Shown: positions 40,194-52,000 of the stretch, one piece after another
Layout of the letters: each line of letters begins with the position of its first letter
Numbering within the stretch: position 1 is the first letter of the stretch
Assembly: GCA_004322365.1 (NCBI GenBank)
Contig: SCTS01000003.1
Span: 2,709-66,708 of the forward strand
DNA: 64,000 nucleotides
Direction of reading: 5' to 3'
Origin: Patescibacteria group bacterium
GTDB lineage: Bacteria; Patescibacteriota; Minisyncoccia; Phycocordibacterales; Phycocordibacteraceae
Notes under the pieces: model-generated
What the model was told of the DNA's origin: nothing
What the model saw: the letters and a program-made list of their open reading frames with translations, nothing else
The model's database searches: none
Position numbers and translations under genes: made by a program

Positions 40194-40925
40194 GTGTACA
40201 CGACGCTCATATATAAGACGCCGTTCTGGAAAGAGGCCCTTATGGTGTTCATCGCATTTGCATTTATCGGGGTCGGGATGTTAGGCGTGTATGTGGCTTA
40301 CGCAGACGGCAAGTGGGTTGGGTATCTAATCGGACTAATCGCTATTCCGTTAGGTGTTATTGGTGCCATTTTGTCGGTCAGTAGTCGTACAGTGCTGAGG
40401 CTCGATGCAGGTGGTGTATTCGTACAGCCACACTTCCTCTCAAAGCAGACAATCTCGTGGAGCAATATAGAACGGTTCGAAAAATCCATTCAAACATTCA
40501 GCCAGAAGGACCGTTTCGGGTCGAGCGAACATAAGATGGCATACCTTGGAATTTATTTAAAACAGCCACGTGAAGCAGGTGTTGCGTTCGAGGTTGCTCA
40601 AACAGTATTTGAAAATATTGATGCAAAGAATGCTAAGGATCCGCTCATTGCAAAGCAACGGCAGGGACACATTTTTATTTCCGAACTCCTCCTCCCAGGG
40701 AACATCGATACTGTGCTTCGTGAAGTACGCGAATACCATGTGCATATGGTGGGGAACTCGGTTCATTATGAGTCCACGGAGATCTTTCCAAGTACCAAGG
40801 GGTCGTTCAAGCCGTCGATATACATGATCGTAGCCGGAATTGCAGTCGCTGCATTCCTTCTTCTATTTCTCCTTTCATTCATAACTGGCATGACACCAGA
40901 ACGCTTACTCAACTCAGTTTTCTAA
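40194..40925 (+). CDS. hypothetical membrane protein (N- and C-terminal TM helices)
   Basis: ORF track; GTG start, internal ATG at 40242 possible. Confidence 0.45.
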   Translation: MYTTLIYKTPFWKEALMVFIAFAFIGVGMLGVYVAYADGKWVGYLIGLIAIPLGVIGAILSVSSRTVLRLDAGGVFVQPHFLSKQTISWSNIERFEKSIQTFSQKDRFGSSEHKMAYLGIYLKQPREAGVAFEVAQTVFENIDAKNAKDPLIAKQRQGHIFISELLLPGNIDTVLREVREYHVHMVGNSVHYESTEIFPSTKGSFKPSIYMIVAGIAVAAFLLLFLLSFITGMTPERLLNSVF

Positions 40926-41027
40926 TCAATACTAAAACGTAAAAGGGTAGTCTACTAGGAGATGGTTTTTCACGTCTGATTTTTTGACGCAATGAACAAA
41001 AAATTACTATCTATTCTGGAGAGTTTT

Positions 41028-41621
41028 TCACCAAGCCCATTTCACTGATACAAAAGCAATTGCGAGAATACTAAGAAGAGTAATTCCTTGTAGTGCCATT
41101 AATATATATTTATGTGAACGCGCGACATGCGATTTTCTTTTGAGGTAGGCATGCCAGCCTTGATGAATTAAAATTATATTTCCAGTCAGTGCAAAAATGA
41201 GTATTAAGGCAGAGGTGTTTGCGGTGAGCGTTAATGCGTCAAATCCGTAGAGAGCTACACCCGCCCCCACTCCAGCAAATAGTATGTCCAGTAGTGCATT
41301 TTCTGCATCCTCTACGAGGCCAGCCCCAAACTCAAGAGCTTCGTAGAGTACTGCTCCACCAGTGATTGCTATAAAAGCGTAGAGAGTCGGCATCTCTAGA
41401 AACCACGCGAATGCTCCGAAGGTTAATCCAGAAAGTAGGTGCACGAGCGACCAGAAGTCAGCATAGCGACCATGCGCCCACCCGAAGTTTACTAGTTTTG
41501 AAGCCGTGCGTTCAAAGTTCAATTTCAGCATCTTCTCCCTAGTATACCTTTTCATCCTAAAATATCGTGGTATTCTTTGCGCGTATTCTAAAAAGAAGAA
41601 ATACCTATGGACGAAAAACAA
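41028..41621 (-). CDS. hypothetical polytopic membrane protein
   Basis: ORF track 197 aa, hydrophobic helices. Confidence 0.5.
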   Translation of the reverse strand: MFFVHRYFFFLEYAQRIPRYFRMKRYTREKMLKLNFERTASKLVNFGWAHGRYADFWSLVHLLSGLTFGAFAWFLEMPTLYAFIAITGGAVLYEALEFGAGLVEDAENALLDILFAGVGAGVALYGFDALTLTANTSALILIFALTGNIILIHQGWHAYLKRKSHVARSHKYILMALQGITLLSILAIAFVSVKWAW

Positions 41622-42125
41622 TTGAACGGGGAGATACGTACTGAAAAGACTCCACGCACGGTGTATTTTTTTGAGTACCTGACACGTTGGACTGGTTCCA
41701 TCCCATCATTGATTGTTCACACAATTCTTTTTGGCGGTGCTTTTGCTTTAGGTTTTCTACATATAGCTCCATGGGATTCTGTGCTTTTAGTATTGACGAC
41801 ATTAGTTTCTTTAGAGGCAATCTATCTTTCTTTACTCATTCAAATGACAGTCAATAGACATTCCGAAAGCTTGAAGGAGGTCGGGGAAGACGTCGAAGGC
41901 ATTCAGGAGGACATTGAGGAGATTACCGAAGACGTCGAAGGCATTCAGGAGGACATTGAGGAGATTACCGAAGACGTCGAAGGCATTCAGGAAGATGTTG
42001 AAGAAATGACTGAAGAAGATGCTGAAGACGCAGAATTGGAAAAGCGTCACCTCGTGAGCCTAGAGCAGTTAACAAAAGATGTGCAACGGGTCTTACAGGA
42101 CTTGGAAAAATTCAAGAAACAGTGA
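41607..42125 (+). CDS. membrane protein with C-terminal acidic 14-aa tandem repeats (EDVEGIQEDIEEIT x3)
   Basis: N-terminal TM region then three repeats encoded by 42-nt DNA tandem repeat. Confidence 0.55.
   Translation: MDEKQLNGEIRTEKTPRTVYFFEYLTRWTGSIPSLIVHTILFGGAFALGFLHIAPWDSVLLVLTTLVSLEAIYLSLLIQMTVNRHSESLKEVGEDVEGIQEDIEEITEDVEGIQEDIEEITEDVEGIQEDVEEMTEEDAEDAELEKRHLVSLEQLTKDVQRVLQDLEKFKKQ
41886..42011 (+). repeat. 42-nt tandem repeat, two perfect copies plus one diverged copy
   Basis: gaagacgtcgaaggcattcaggaggacattgaggagattacc repeated exactly at 41886 and 41928. Confidence 0.8.
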
Positions 42126-42252
42126 GAGGTCAGGTGTTAGGTGTTAGGTGTCAGGTTCCAGGTGCCAGCTTTTTCTACCTCTAATTTCAAAGTCAGAAGC
42201 TAAAGGCTATTTAGGCTAGCCCCGAGAGGTTCGGAGTGTTAGAGTATTTGCA

Positions 42253-43005
42253 ATGGAATCTAAAATTCATATCTCGCTGAAAGCGGATTCGTTTGGAACT
42301 CTGTGGGGTATGCCCATCACAAGCAGTCTGCTTATGACATGGTTGGCAATGGGAATCCTCTTCCTTTTCGTGTTTCTGTTTAGGCGCTCCATTGCCCTTA
42401 TACCGGGAAAACTGCAAGCAATGCTTGAGTGGGCGATTGAAGGCGCGATGGCATACATGACCGAGACCCTTGAAGATGCGAAGCTCGCTCGACGTTTTTT
42501 CCCACTCATAGCAACGCTCTTTCTCTTTATTCTGACCATCAACGAACTCGCGTTCTTCCCTGGTGTAGGAAGCGTAGGATTCTTTACTGAGCACGGATTC
42601 GCGCCACTACTCCGCCCTTCAACTGCCGACCTCAATACAACACTCGCCCTTACCCTCATCTCAGTTATTATTGTTGAAATCACTGGTGTGGTAGCGCTGG
42701 GATTTTTCCGTTATACAGGGAAATTCATAAATTTCTCGTCCCCACTTAATTTTGTTGTTGGTTTAATTGAATTAGTAAGCGAACTGGGACGCTTGGTGTC
42801 GTTGTCGTTTCGTCTTTTCGGTAACATATTTGCGGGTGAGGTTTTGATTGCGGTGATTGCGCTGTTCGTGCCGTATATTATGCCTATCCCATTTATGCTC
42901 TTCGAAATTTTTGTTGGTTTTGTTCAAGCTGTTATCTTCTCTTTACTGACTTTGTTTTTCATCAAACTTGCGGTTACGCCCCCTCATGCGAGCGAAGCTC
43001 ATTAA
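42253..43005 (+). CDS. atpB: F0F1 ATP synthase subunit a
   Basis: FRLFGNIFAGE conserved Arg motif; 5-6 TM. Confidence 0.85.
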   Translation: MESKIHISLKADSFGTLWGMPITSSLLMTWLAMGILFLFVFLFRRSIALIPGKLQAMLEWAIEGAMAYMTETLEDAKLARRFFPLIATLFLFILTINELAFFPGVGSVGFFTEHGFAPLLRPSTADLNTTLALTLISVIIVEITGVVALGFFRYTGKFINFSSPLNFVVGLIELVSELGRLVSLSFRLFGNIFAGEVLIAVIALFVPYIMPIPFMLFEIFVGFVQAVIFSLLTLFFIKLAVTPPHASEAH

Positions 43006-43107
43006 AACTGAGGAAAACCAGCCTCAATTGCTAGCCTAGTGAGGGGAAATTGGTGTATACTAGCGAGGTAATTATCAAGCCGTAAGGCATTATTTTGTAT
43101 TAATTAA

Positions 43108-43341
<234 letters not shown>

Positions 43342-43369
43342 TTGGTTTGATTTAGAAGGAATCTAAAAT

Positions 43370-43816
43370 ATGGGAGAGCTATTTGCTACATTCGGTCTTG
43401 ATGTACGACTGCTTGTTATTCAAGCAGTGAATTTTGGCATCACACTCGTTATACTTTGGTACTTTTTGTATCGACCACTTCTTCGGATAATTGGTGAACG
43501 AAAAGAGAAGATTGCGAAAGGTGTCCGTGATGCCGAAGCAGCAGCTTTCGCTGTTACGGAAATTGAAGAAAAGCGTACTTCAATGCTTTCTGCCACAGAG
43601 CGTGAGGCACAAGGCTTGGTTGAGCGTGCAACTCTCGAGGGTAAGGATGAGCGTGCAAAAATCATAAAAACTGCACAAGAAAGAAGCGACGCAATACTTG
43701 CCGATGCTAAAGCGGAGGCTGTGGAAATGCAACGCCGTGCTCTTGCCGAGTCTGAGAAGGAAATGACTCGTTTGGCAGTGCTTGCTGCAGAAAAAATTCT
43801 TCGAAAACAATCATAA
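43370..43816 (+). CDS. atpF: F0F1 ATP synthase subunit b
   Basis: Single N-terminal TM then long charged helix, operon position. Confidence 0.75.
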   Translation: MGELFATFGLDVRLLVIQAVNFGITLVILWYFLYRPLLRIIGERKEKIAKGVRDAEAAAFAVTEIEEKRTSMLSATEREAQGLVERATLEGKDERAKIIKTAQERSDAILADAKAEAVEMQRRALAESEKEMTRLAVLAAEKILRKQS

Positions 43817-43822
43817 ACCACC

Positions 43823-44206
43823 ATGTCACTTGCTAATGCCTATGCTTCAGTTATTAATGAAACTCCACAAGAGCTTCAAAATGCTGATTTTACTTTGAAG
43901 TTGCTTGCGTTTATGCGTGCACGAGGACACATGTCACTTCTTTCTGAGATTGTGCAAATACTAGAAAATAAACCAAAAGAGGCTGACGCAGTAGTGACTG
44001 TTGCTCACGGGGCAGATTTGAAAGAATTTGCATCTGAAATAAAATCTGCTCTCTCTACATTAGGGGCGGATGCAAAAATACACCGCACCATCGTTGATGC
44101 CCGTGCTGTGGGTGGCTATTCAGTGCGCGCAGGTTCTCAAATAATCGACAACACCTTTAGAACAGCGCTCGTCGACATTTATCAAAAAACAGTAGGTAGT
44201 AGATAA
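43823..44206 (+). CDS. atpH: F0F1 ATP synthase subunit delta (short, 127 aa)
   Basis: Operon position between b and alpha; OSCP-like C-terminal region. Confidence 0.6.
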   Translation: MSLANAYASVINETPQELQNADFTLKLLAFMRARGHMSLLSEIVQILENKPKEADAVVTVAHGADLKEFASEIKSALSTLGADAKIHRTIVDARAVGGYSVRAGSQIIDNTFRTALVDIYQKTVGSR

Positions 44207-44282
44207 TCGGTAGCGCACTTTAAAGCTCGTTACTTACCATTTACTACATACTTTAAACTTGTTACTAACTTACTAATCTCAT

Positions 44283-45842
44283 ATGGACATCAGCATCATT
44301 GAACGCCTCAAGAGAGAAATTGAATCCTTTGCACCAAATGCAAAGCCAACTGAAACGGGCATCGTGCGCAAGGTGGGTGATGGCATTGTTGAGATAGAAG
44401 GTTTGGATGAAGTGTCGATGGCCGAGATGGTTCGCTTTGACGAAGGTTCGGTATCTGATGTGAAAGCAACTATCGCACATGAGGATACACTCTACGGCGT
44501 TGTGTTGAACTTGGAAGAGAATACTGTAAAGGCAATCATCCTTGGAGATTCTTCCCGCATTAAAGAGGGAATGCTTGTGCATCGCACAAAGAAACTTCTT
44601 TCAATACCAGTTGGAGATGCAGTGATTGGTCGCATCGTTGATGCACTTGGAGTTCCTATAGATGGGAAAGGCCCAATCAAGGCGGATGCCACGAGTCCTA
44701 TTGAGCGCGAGGCGTACGGCGTTATTGATAGAGGTCCTGTGAATGTGCCAATGCACACCGGCATTAAAGCAATTGACTCACTGATTCCTATCGGCCGCGG
44801 ACAGCGCGAACTCATCATTGGTGACAGAGGCACTGGTAAAACAACGGTTGCTATTGATGCAATTTTGAACCAACTCAATGAACCAAAGGAGACACGCCCT
44901 ATTTGTGTATATGTCGCTATTGGTCAAAAAGAATCAAAGACTGCCCGCATTGCAGCAATGCTTAAAGAGCGCGGTGCGATGGATTACACCATTATGGTAT
45001 CAGCTCCAGCATCAGCGTCAGCAGCATTCCAATTCTTGGCACCGTACGCGGGTGTAACTTTGGGTGAATATTTCATGGATAAAGGCAGAGATGTGTTGGT
45101 TATCTATGACGATCTTTCCAAGCAAGCTGTTGCGTACCGACAACTCTCTCTTCTCCTTCGTCGTCCTCCTGGACGCGAGGCATACCCTGGAGACATTTTC
45201 TACCTCCACTCAAGACTTTTGGAACGAGCTGCAAAACTTTCTCCTGAAAAAGGAGGAGGCTCTCTTACGGCACTTCCTATTATTGAAACGCAAGAAGGTG
45301 ACATCTCGGCATACATTCCAACCAATGTTATTTCTATTACTGATGGTCAGATGTTCTTGGAAGCGGATCTTTTCAACAAAGGAACGCGCCCTGCTATCAA
45401 TGTAGGTATTTCAGTTTCTCGTGTCGGTTCCGCTGCTCAAACAAAAGCTATGAAGAAGGTGTCGGGACGCATCAAGCTCGACCTCGCACAGTTCCGTGAA
45501 CTTGAGGCATTCATGCAGTTCTCCCAAGACCTTGATGCTGAAACAAAGAAGACTATCGATGGTGGTCGCCGTCTTTCAGCAATCTTGAACCAAAACAAAA
45601 ACGCCCCAATTCCATTTGAGCGACAAGTCGTTGTCATGTACGCAGTCACGAACGGTTTCTTTGATGCCTTTGGTGCAGAGCAGATGGGTGAGATAGAGGC
45701 GAAGTTTCTTGCATATCTCGACAGGGAAGCAAAGGGAGTTCTTGAAGCTATCCGCACATCTAAAGAAATAGCTAAAGACACAGAAGAAAAATTGAAGAGC
45801 GCTATTCAATCGTTTGTTTCAACTGTAGATGTGAAAAGCTAA
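44283..45842 (+). CDS. atpA: F0F1 ATP synthase subunit alpha
   Basis: GDRGTGKT Walker A, conserved alpha core. Confidence 0.9.
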   Translation: MDISIIERLKREIESFAPNAKPTETGIVRKVGDGIVEIEGLDEVSMAEMVRFDEGSVSDVKATIAHEDTLYGVVLNLEENTVKAIILGDSSRIKEGMLVHRTKKLLSIPVGDAVIGRIVDALGVPIDGKGPIKADATSPIEREAYGVIDRGPVNVPMHTGIKAIDSLIPIGRGQRELIIGDRGTGKTTVAIDAILNQLNEPKETRPICVYVAIGQKESKTARIAAMLKERGAMDYTIMVSAPASASAAFQFLAPYAGVTLGEYFMDKGRDVLVIYDDLSKQAVAYRQLSLLLRRPPGREAYPGDIFYLHSRLLERAAKLSPEKGGGSLTALPIIETQEGDISAYIPTNVISITDGQMFLEADLFNKGTRPAINVGISVSRVGSAAQTKAMKKVSGRIKLDLAQFRELEAFMQFSQDLDAETKKTIDGGRRLSAILNQNKNAPIPFERQVVVMYAVTNGFFDAFGAEQMGEIEAKFLAYLDREAKGVLEAIRTSKEIAKDTEEKLKSAIQSFVSTVDVKS

Positions 45843-45876
45843 AACCTAGCACCTGAAACCTGACACCTAAAATCCC

Positions 45877-46794
45877 ATGTCTCTCAAGGATATAAAAATC
45901 AAAATAAAATCTGTTGACCGTACTCGTAAAGTTACGAAGGCAATGGAGTCTGTTTCTGCGGTAAAGATGCGCAAAAGCCAGATACGCGCAATTACTTCAC
46001 GACCATACGCTTCTTCCGCGCTTTCTATTTTGGAACGCATGAGTGTTTCTCTCTCATCTCTCAAACACCCGTTGACAGTTGTGCGCCCTGTTAAAAAAGC
46101 TGCCATTGTTGTAGTGACAAGCGATAAAGGTTTGTGCGGAATATTAAATGCTGCTGTTGTGAAATCCGCCTACACGCTTGCGGAATCACTTGAAATCCCG
46201 CGTGAAGCAATTTCTATCTATGCTTTTGGACGCAAAGGGGCCGAGTTTTTTGATCGCCGTGGATATCAAATTTTAGGAAAATTTGAAAACGTTTCCGACG
46301 ATGTTTCTGTTGCTGATTTGGCGCTGGTATCAAACGATATTGCGCGAGCGTTTCTAAGTAAAGAGTTTGATCGTGTTGATGTTGTATACACGAATTTCAA
46401 ATCAACCTTTGAGCAAAGTGCTATTGCCCACAAGGTACTACCGCTTTCGATTGAAACAGTTTCTGAAATAGTAAGTGGCATTGCTCCAGTGAAAGGAAAA
46501 TTTGCTGTAACAGAGCGAGTGAAAGGCCCTGCATCATACACGGCAGAGCCATCTCAAGAGGTGGTTGTCGATGCTTTGATTCCACGCTTGGTAAGTGTTC
46601 TTTTCTTTCATGCACTTCTGGAGTCTAAAGCATCCGAGCACTCAGCTCGAATGGTTGCTATGAAGAATGCATCTGATAAATCCCGTGACCTCTCAAAGTT
46701 GCTGACGAGAAAGTACAATAAAGCTCGTCAGGCGCTTATTACCAGAGAAGTTTCCGAGATTGTCGGAGGTATTGAGGCGATGGCGACTAGTTAG
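45877..46794 (+). CDS. atpG: F0F1 ATP synthase subunit gamma
   Basis: N- and C-terminal coiled-coil helices, operon position. Confidence 0.8.
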   Translation: MSLKDIKIKIKSVDRTRKVTKAMESVSAVKMRKSQIRAITSRPYASSALSILERMSVSLSSLKHPLTVVRPVKKAAIVVVTSDKGLCGILNAAVVKSAYTLAESLEIPREAISIYAFGRKGAEFFDRRGYQILGKFENVSDDVSVADLALVSNDIARAFLSKEFDRVDVVYTNFKSTFEQSAIAHKVLPLSIETVSEIVSGIAPVKGKFAVTERVKGPASYTAEPSQEVVVDALIPRLVSVLFFHALLESKASEHSARMVAMKNASDKSRDLSKLLTRKYNKARQALITREVSEIVGGIEAMATS

Positions 46795-46827
46795 AAAGAA
46801 TAGAAGAACTAATGTAAAATCAAAAAC

Positions 46828-47010
46828 ATGGCATCCCCAGAAAGAAAAGGAGCATTAGATATCTTTAATCTTCCGGGTCGCGGGCGACTTGGTTTGGCAG
46901 GAGGAATGGGCGGAGGCGGAGGCTCATACAGACCTGAACCAGTAAGCCGTCGTGACAATGTGGTAAAGCTGGATGATTTTAGAAAATTGAAGGAAGATAC
47001 GAATCAGTAA
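46828..47010 (+). CDS. small Gly-rich hypothetical protein inserted between atpG and atpD
   Basis: ORF track 60 aa; GLAGGMGGGGGSY; fills the gap between atpG and atpD. Confidence 0.35.
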   Translation: MASPERKGALDIFNLPGRGRLGLAGGMGGGGGSYRPEPVSRRDNVVKLDDFRKLKEDTNQ

Positions 47011-47035
47011 ACTCACAAAATTTAATTTACAATAA

Positions 47036-48415
<1,380 letters not shown>

Positions 48416-48567
48416 TGGCCTATGTTAAGAGATCGTCAACCTACGCTTCGAGAAAAACCTCTAAATCCGCTTGAAACGTATATTTCTTTCATGCGGAGAG
48501 TGAGTTCACCTCTCATGGAGTGGTTGCTTCCCGATGCATTACCTGCGAAAAAACAAAAATAATTTTT

Positions 48568-48798
48568 ATGTTGGTTGTTATTGCAAAAGTTCATGAGAAT
48601 CTTTTTTCGGGAGAAGCACTCTCGCTTTCTGCTATGACCACAGAAGGGAAGCTGACGATACTTCCAAAACATGAACCATTTGTAGCAAACCTGAAAGCAG
48701 GAGAAGTGGTAGTAAAAACAACTTCAGGGGAAGAGAGGTTTGATATTACTGAAGGAGTTCTTGAGGTGTCTAACAATCAAGTAACGGTACTTTTGTAG
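48568..48798 (+). CDS. atpC: F0F1 ATP synthase subunit epsilon (beta-sandwich domain only)
   Basis: MLVVIAKVHENLFSGEA...LTILPKHEP; ATG at 48568; 76 aa. Confidence 0.65.
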   Translation: MLVVIAKVHENLFSGEALSLSAMTTEGKLTILPKHEPFVANLKAGEVVVKTTSGEERFDITEGVLEVSNNQVTVLL

Positions 48799-48837
48799 GT
48801 TTCTTGACAAAACTGTATTTTGGAGTATAAGTAGTAG

Positions 48838-49002
48838 ATGGCAAGCAAAAAAGAACGAGTAAAACGAGAACGAGTAATACTTTGTAGTCACCTATATTGT
48901 ATATTTCCAGGTCGGCACAAATGCTTTAATTGTGAGGGTATGTACTGTGCTGGTCACTTAGCAATTCACTTAATGATTAGTAGGTGTTCTTCTATAAGAT
49001 AG
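48838..49002 (+). CDS. 54-aa Cys/His-rich peptide (CSHLYC...HKCFNCEGMYCAGH), candidate zinc finger, own promoter and terminator
   Basis: TTGACA (48806) -N16- TATAAG then ATG 8 nt later; ends before terminator 49026-49051; not in ORF track (<60 aa). Confidence 0.3.
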   Translation: MASKKERVKRERVILCSHLYCIFPGRHKCFNCEGMYCAGHLAIHLMISRCSSIR

Positions 49003-49025
49003 GAGTAGAATTTTCAGAAGCATCT

Positions 49026-49051
49026 AAAAAGCAACAGATAGTTGCTTTTTT
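49026..49051. terminator. bidirectional rho-independent terminator between convergent atp operon and RND operon
   Basis: aaaaagcaac-agatag-ttgcttttttt: stem flanked by A-run and T-run. Confidence 0.7.
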
Positions 49052-49061
49052 TATACAAGAT

Positions 49062-52000
49062 TTAAGTTGACGAAGAGGGATTCCAGAATTGTTTTCCTGG
49101 GTTTCGGTAGACGAGGATTGGGGTGAGTACCAATGTCAAAATCATTGCAAATGAGAGGCCAAACATAATAGCGAAGGCAAGAGGTCCCCATAGTGCAGAT
49201 GCGCCAGCGAGAGGAATCATACCAATGACGGTAGTGATGGTAGTGAGAACAATTGGTCGGAGTCTACTTGCTGAACCGTCGACAACTACCTCCTCCAATG
49301 TCTTTCCTTCAGGATTCTTCATGCGGATTATGATTGAGTCCACAAGAATTATGGCGTGGTTGATTATGACGCCAGCAAGCGCAATGACACCAAGAAGGGA
49401 AGAGAATGAGAGTGGCTGTCCAGTAAGAGCAAGGCCACCTAGTACTCCAATGAGAGAAAGAATAACGAGCATGAGGAGATAGAACGAATAGCGGAATGAA
49501 TTGAATTCGAGTACTAGAACTGCAAGCATAAGCACCAAACCAGCAAGGAAGGCAATTCCCATTTCACTGAATGACTTGTTTACATCTTCCGTTTCGCCTC
49601 CGATTTTCATTACCACACCGGTCGGTAGAGTTTCTTTTTCAATAGCTTTTTTGAATGCAGTAGACACCTCAACAGCTGTTGCCCCTCCTTCGGTGTATGC
49701 AGAAACAGTGGCAATGTTTTTTTGGTCTTGGCGCCTAATAACTGCGTTTGATTTTTCAATAGAAGGAGAGAGAATTGAACCTAACAGTACTGTGCCCCGA
49801 GGTGTTTTTACAGATAGGTTTAGGAGCGTATTGATGTCTGCTTTTGTTGTATCTCCAGGTTCTTGCCAAGCAGGGTTTAGGTTTGTGGAGACAAGAACGT
49901 CGATGTCCTCGGTGTCGTTTTTTATAGTGGTTGCAACAACACCTGAGACTGCAGTTCGGAGAATGCTTGCTACTTGAAGAGGTGAGAGTCCCACTTGTGA
50001 TGCCTTGGCGCGGTCAATAGTGAGAGCAAACTGTGTTCCGTCGTCTTTAATAGATGTAGCTACTTCAGCGGTACCTTTGATGGAGCGCATCATTTTTTCA
50101 CCGGTGGCTACTGAGCGCTCTAGGTCATCAAGATTGTCTCCTGAAAAGGTTATAAGAACTGGGGCGCCCGAAGGTGGTCCGCCAGCTGGCTCGAATGCAT
50201 TTACAGAAAATTCATGGAAAACAGAAACTTTTTTTCTGAGCTCCTCAGTAATTTGTGTTGAAGTTTGTTTCCGATCTTCTTTCGGTACGAGCTTGATGGT
50301 GATGTTTGCGTATTTGGCACCGCTGGATTGATTTTGACTTAATCCTGATGAAGCACCGACGGTGGTTACAAATGAGCTGATACGCGAATCGTTATAAAGA
50401 AGCTCTTCTACACCTCGGGTGGCAAGATCAGTCGCTTCAAGTGGTGTGCCTTGCTTTGCTTCTACTTCAAGATATACATAATCGGCATCTTCTGATGGGA
50501 AAAAGAGCACTTTCACAATACCTGACACTGGTAAGAGAATTGCTACGACGAGAGCAAGACCCAATCCAAGCATGAATCTATTTTGGAATTTTCTATTTTT
50601 CAAAACTCCCGTAAGAAAGCTTCGGTACCATACTTGTGCTTTGTTATTCCACTCTTCTTGTATGAATTGAAGTTTGCCAGTGCTTCGCTTGGTGAGATTT
50701 ATTGCAATTAATGGTACAAGGCCGAGTGCTACAAAAATCGAAGCAATAAGAATGGTAATGATTGTAAAGGGGATTGATTGAATGTATTGACCAACAATGC
50801 CTGAAATAAAGAAGAGTGGTGCAAACATAACGACAGTCGTCATGGTTCCTGCAGTCAAAGGTCGTGCGTATTCACGGATGGCTTCTTTTGCTGCGCGAAT
50901 CGGATCACCGAATTTCTGGTAGCGCGTGTGAATTGCTTCTGTTACCACGATGCCAGAATCAACAAGAATGCCGATCGCAAGAATGAGTGCGAAGAGTGAG
51001 ACGAAGTTTATGGTATTACCTGAAGCGTTCAGTCCTATGAAGGCAATAACAAAAGAAAGAGGAATCGAAAGTCCTGCAACGAGCGATTCTCGCCAGCCAA
51101 TTGTTAACACAAGGCAGATCATGACGAGAGCGATTGTTTCTAAGCCAACTTTAGTAAGTTCGCTCAAACTTTTCTGAACTTCTTCTCCAAGGTCAATCGA
51201 GATATCGGTAGTGATACCCAAAAGCATTGTTCCTGAGAGTGAGTTTAGTTTTTCTTTTGCTGCTGATGCTGTTTTGAAAATATTTCCTCCAGCTTTTTTA
51301 TATACTGAAAGGGTAATTGCAGGCTCTGCTGGATCGCCTTTAGTAGAAACGCGAGATACGCTTTTTGCTTTCTCAAGACCGTTAACGATGTCCGCTACAT
51401 CGCGAAGATAAATTGGATTGCCGTTCAAATTCCCGATACTTGTTTGCGCGAGTTCTTCTGGGTCATTCAGATCACCCTTAAAGGCAACAGAATACTCAAT
51501 GGCATCGACGGTTATAGTGCCGACAGGTAAAGAGCTATTGGACGCGCTTAGGGCGGATACTACGTCCGTAAGTGATAGTCCGTATGATTGTAGAGCTTCT
51601 TTGCGGACAATTATGTTCGCTTCTCGTTCGCGGGTACCGCTGATTTCCACTCTGGACACACCAGACACTTGCTCAAGTTCATCCTGCACATCTTTGGCAA
51701 GACGAGTAAATTCTGTTGGCGGAAGTCCGCCAGAAAGAGACACTATAAAAATTGGTTGATCGTTCGCTGTGATGCGCAGTACCACAGGTTCGTCTGCGTC
51801 TTTAGGAAGTTTGGGTTTTGCACGGTCAACTGCATCTTTAACATCCTGAATTGATTTATCAATATTTGCCGATGCTTCAAATTCAGCACTCACTACAGAG
51901 ACTCCTTCGCGAGAAGATGAGGTAAGTTTGTGAAGGTTCTCAACAGTCCCAACTTCTTTCTCTATTTCCTTTGTTATGAGTTTTTCAGTGTCTGCTGCAG

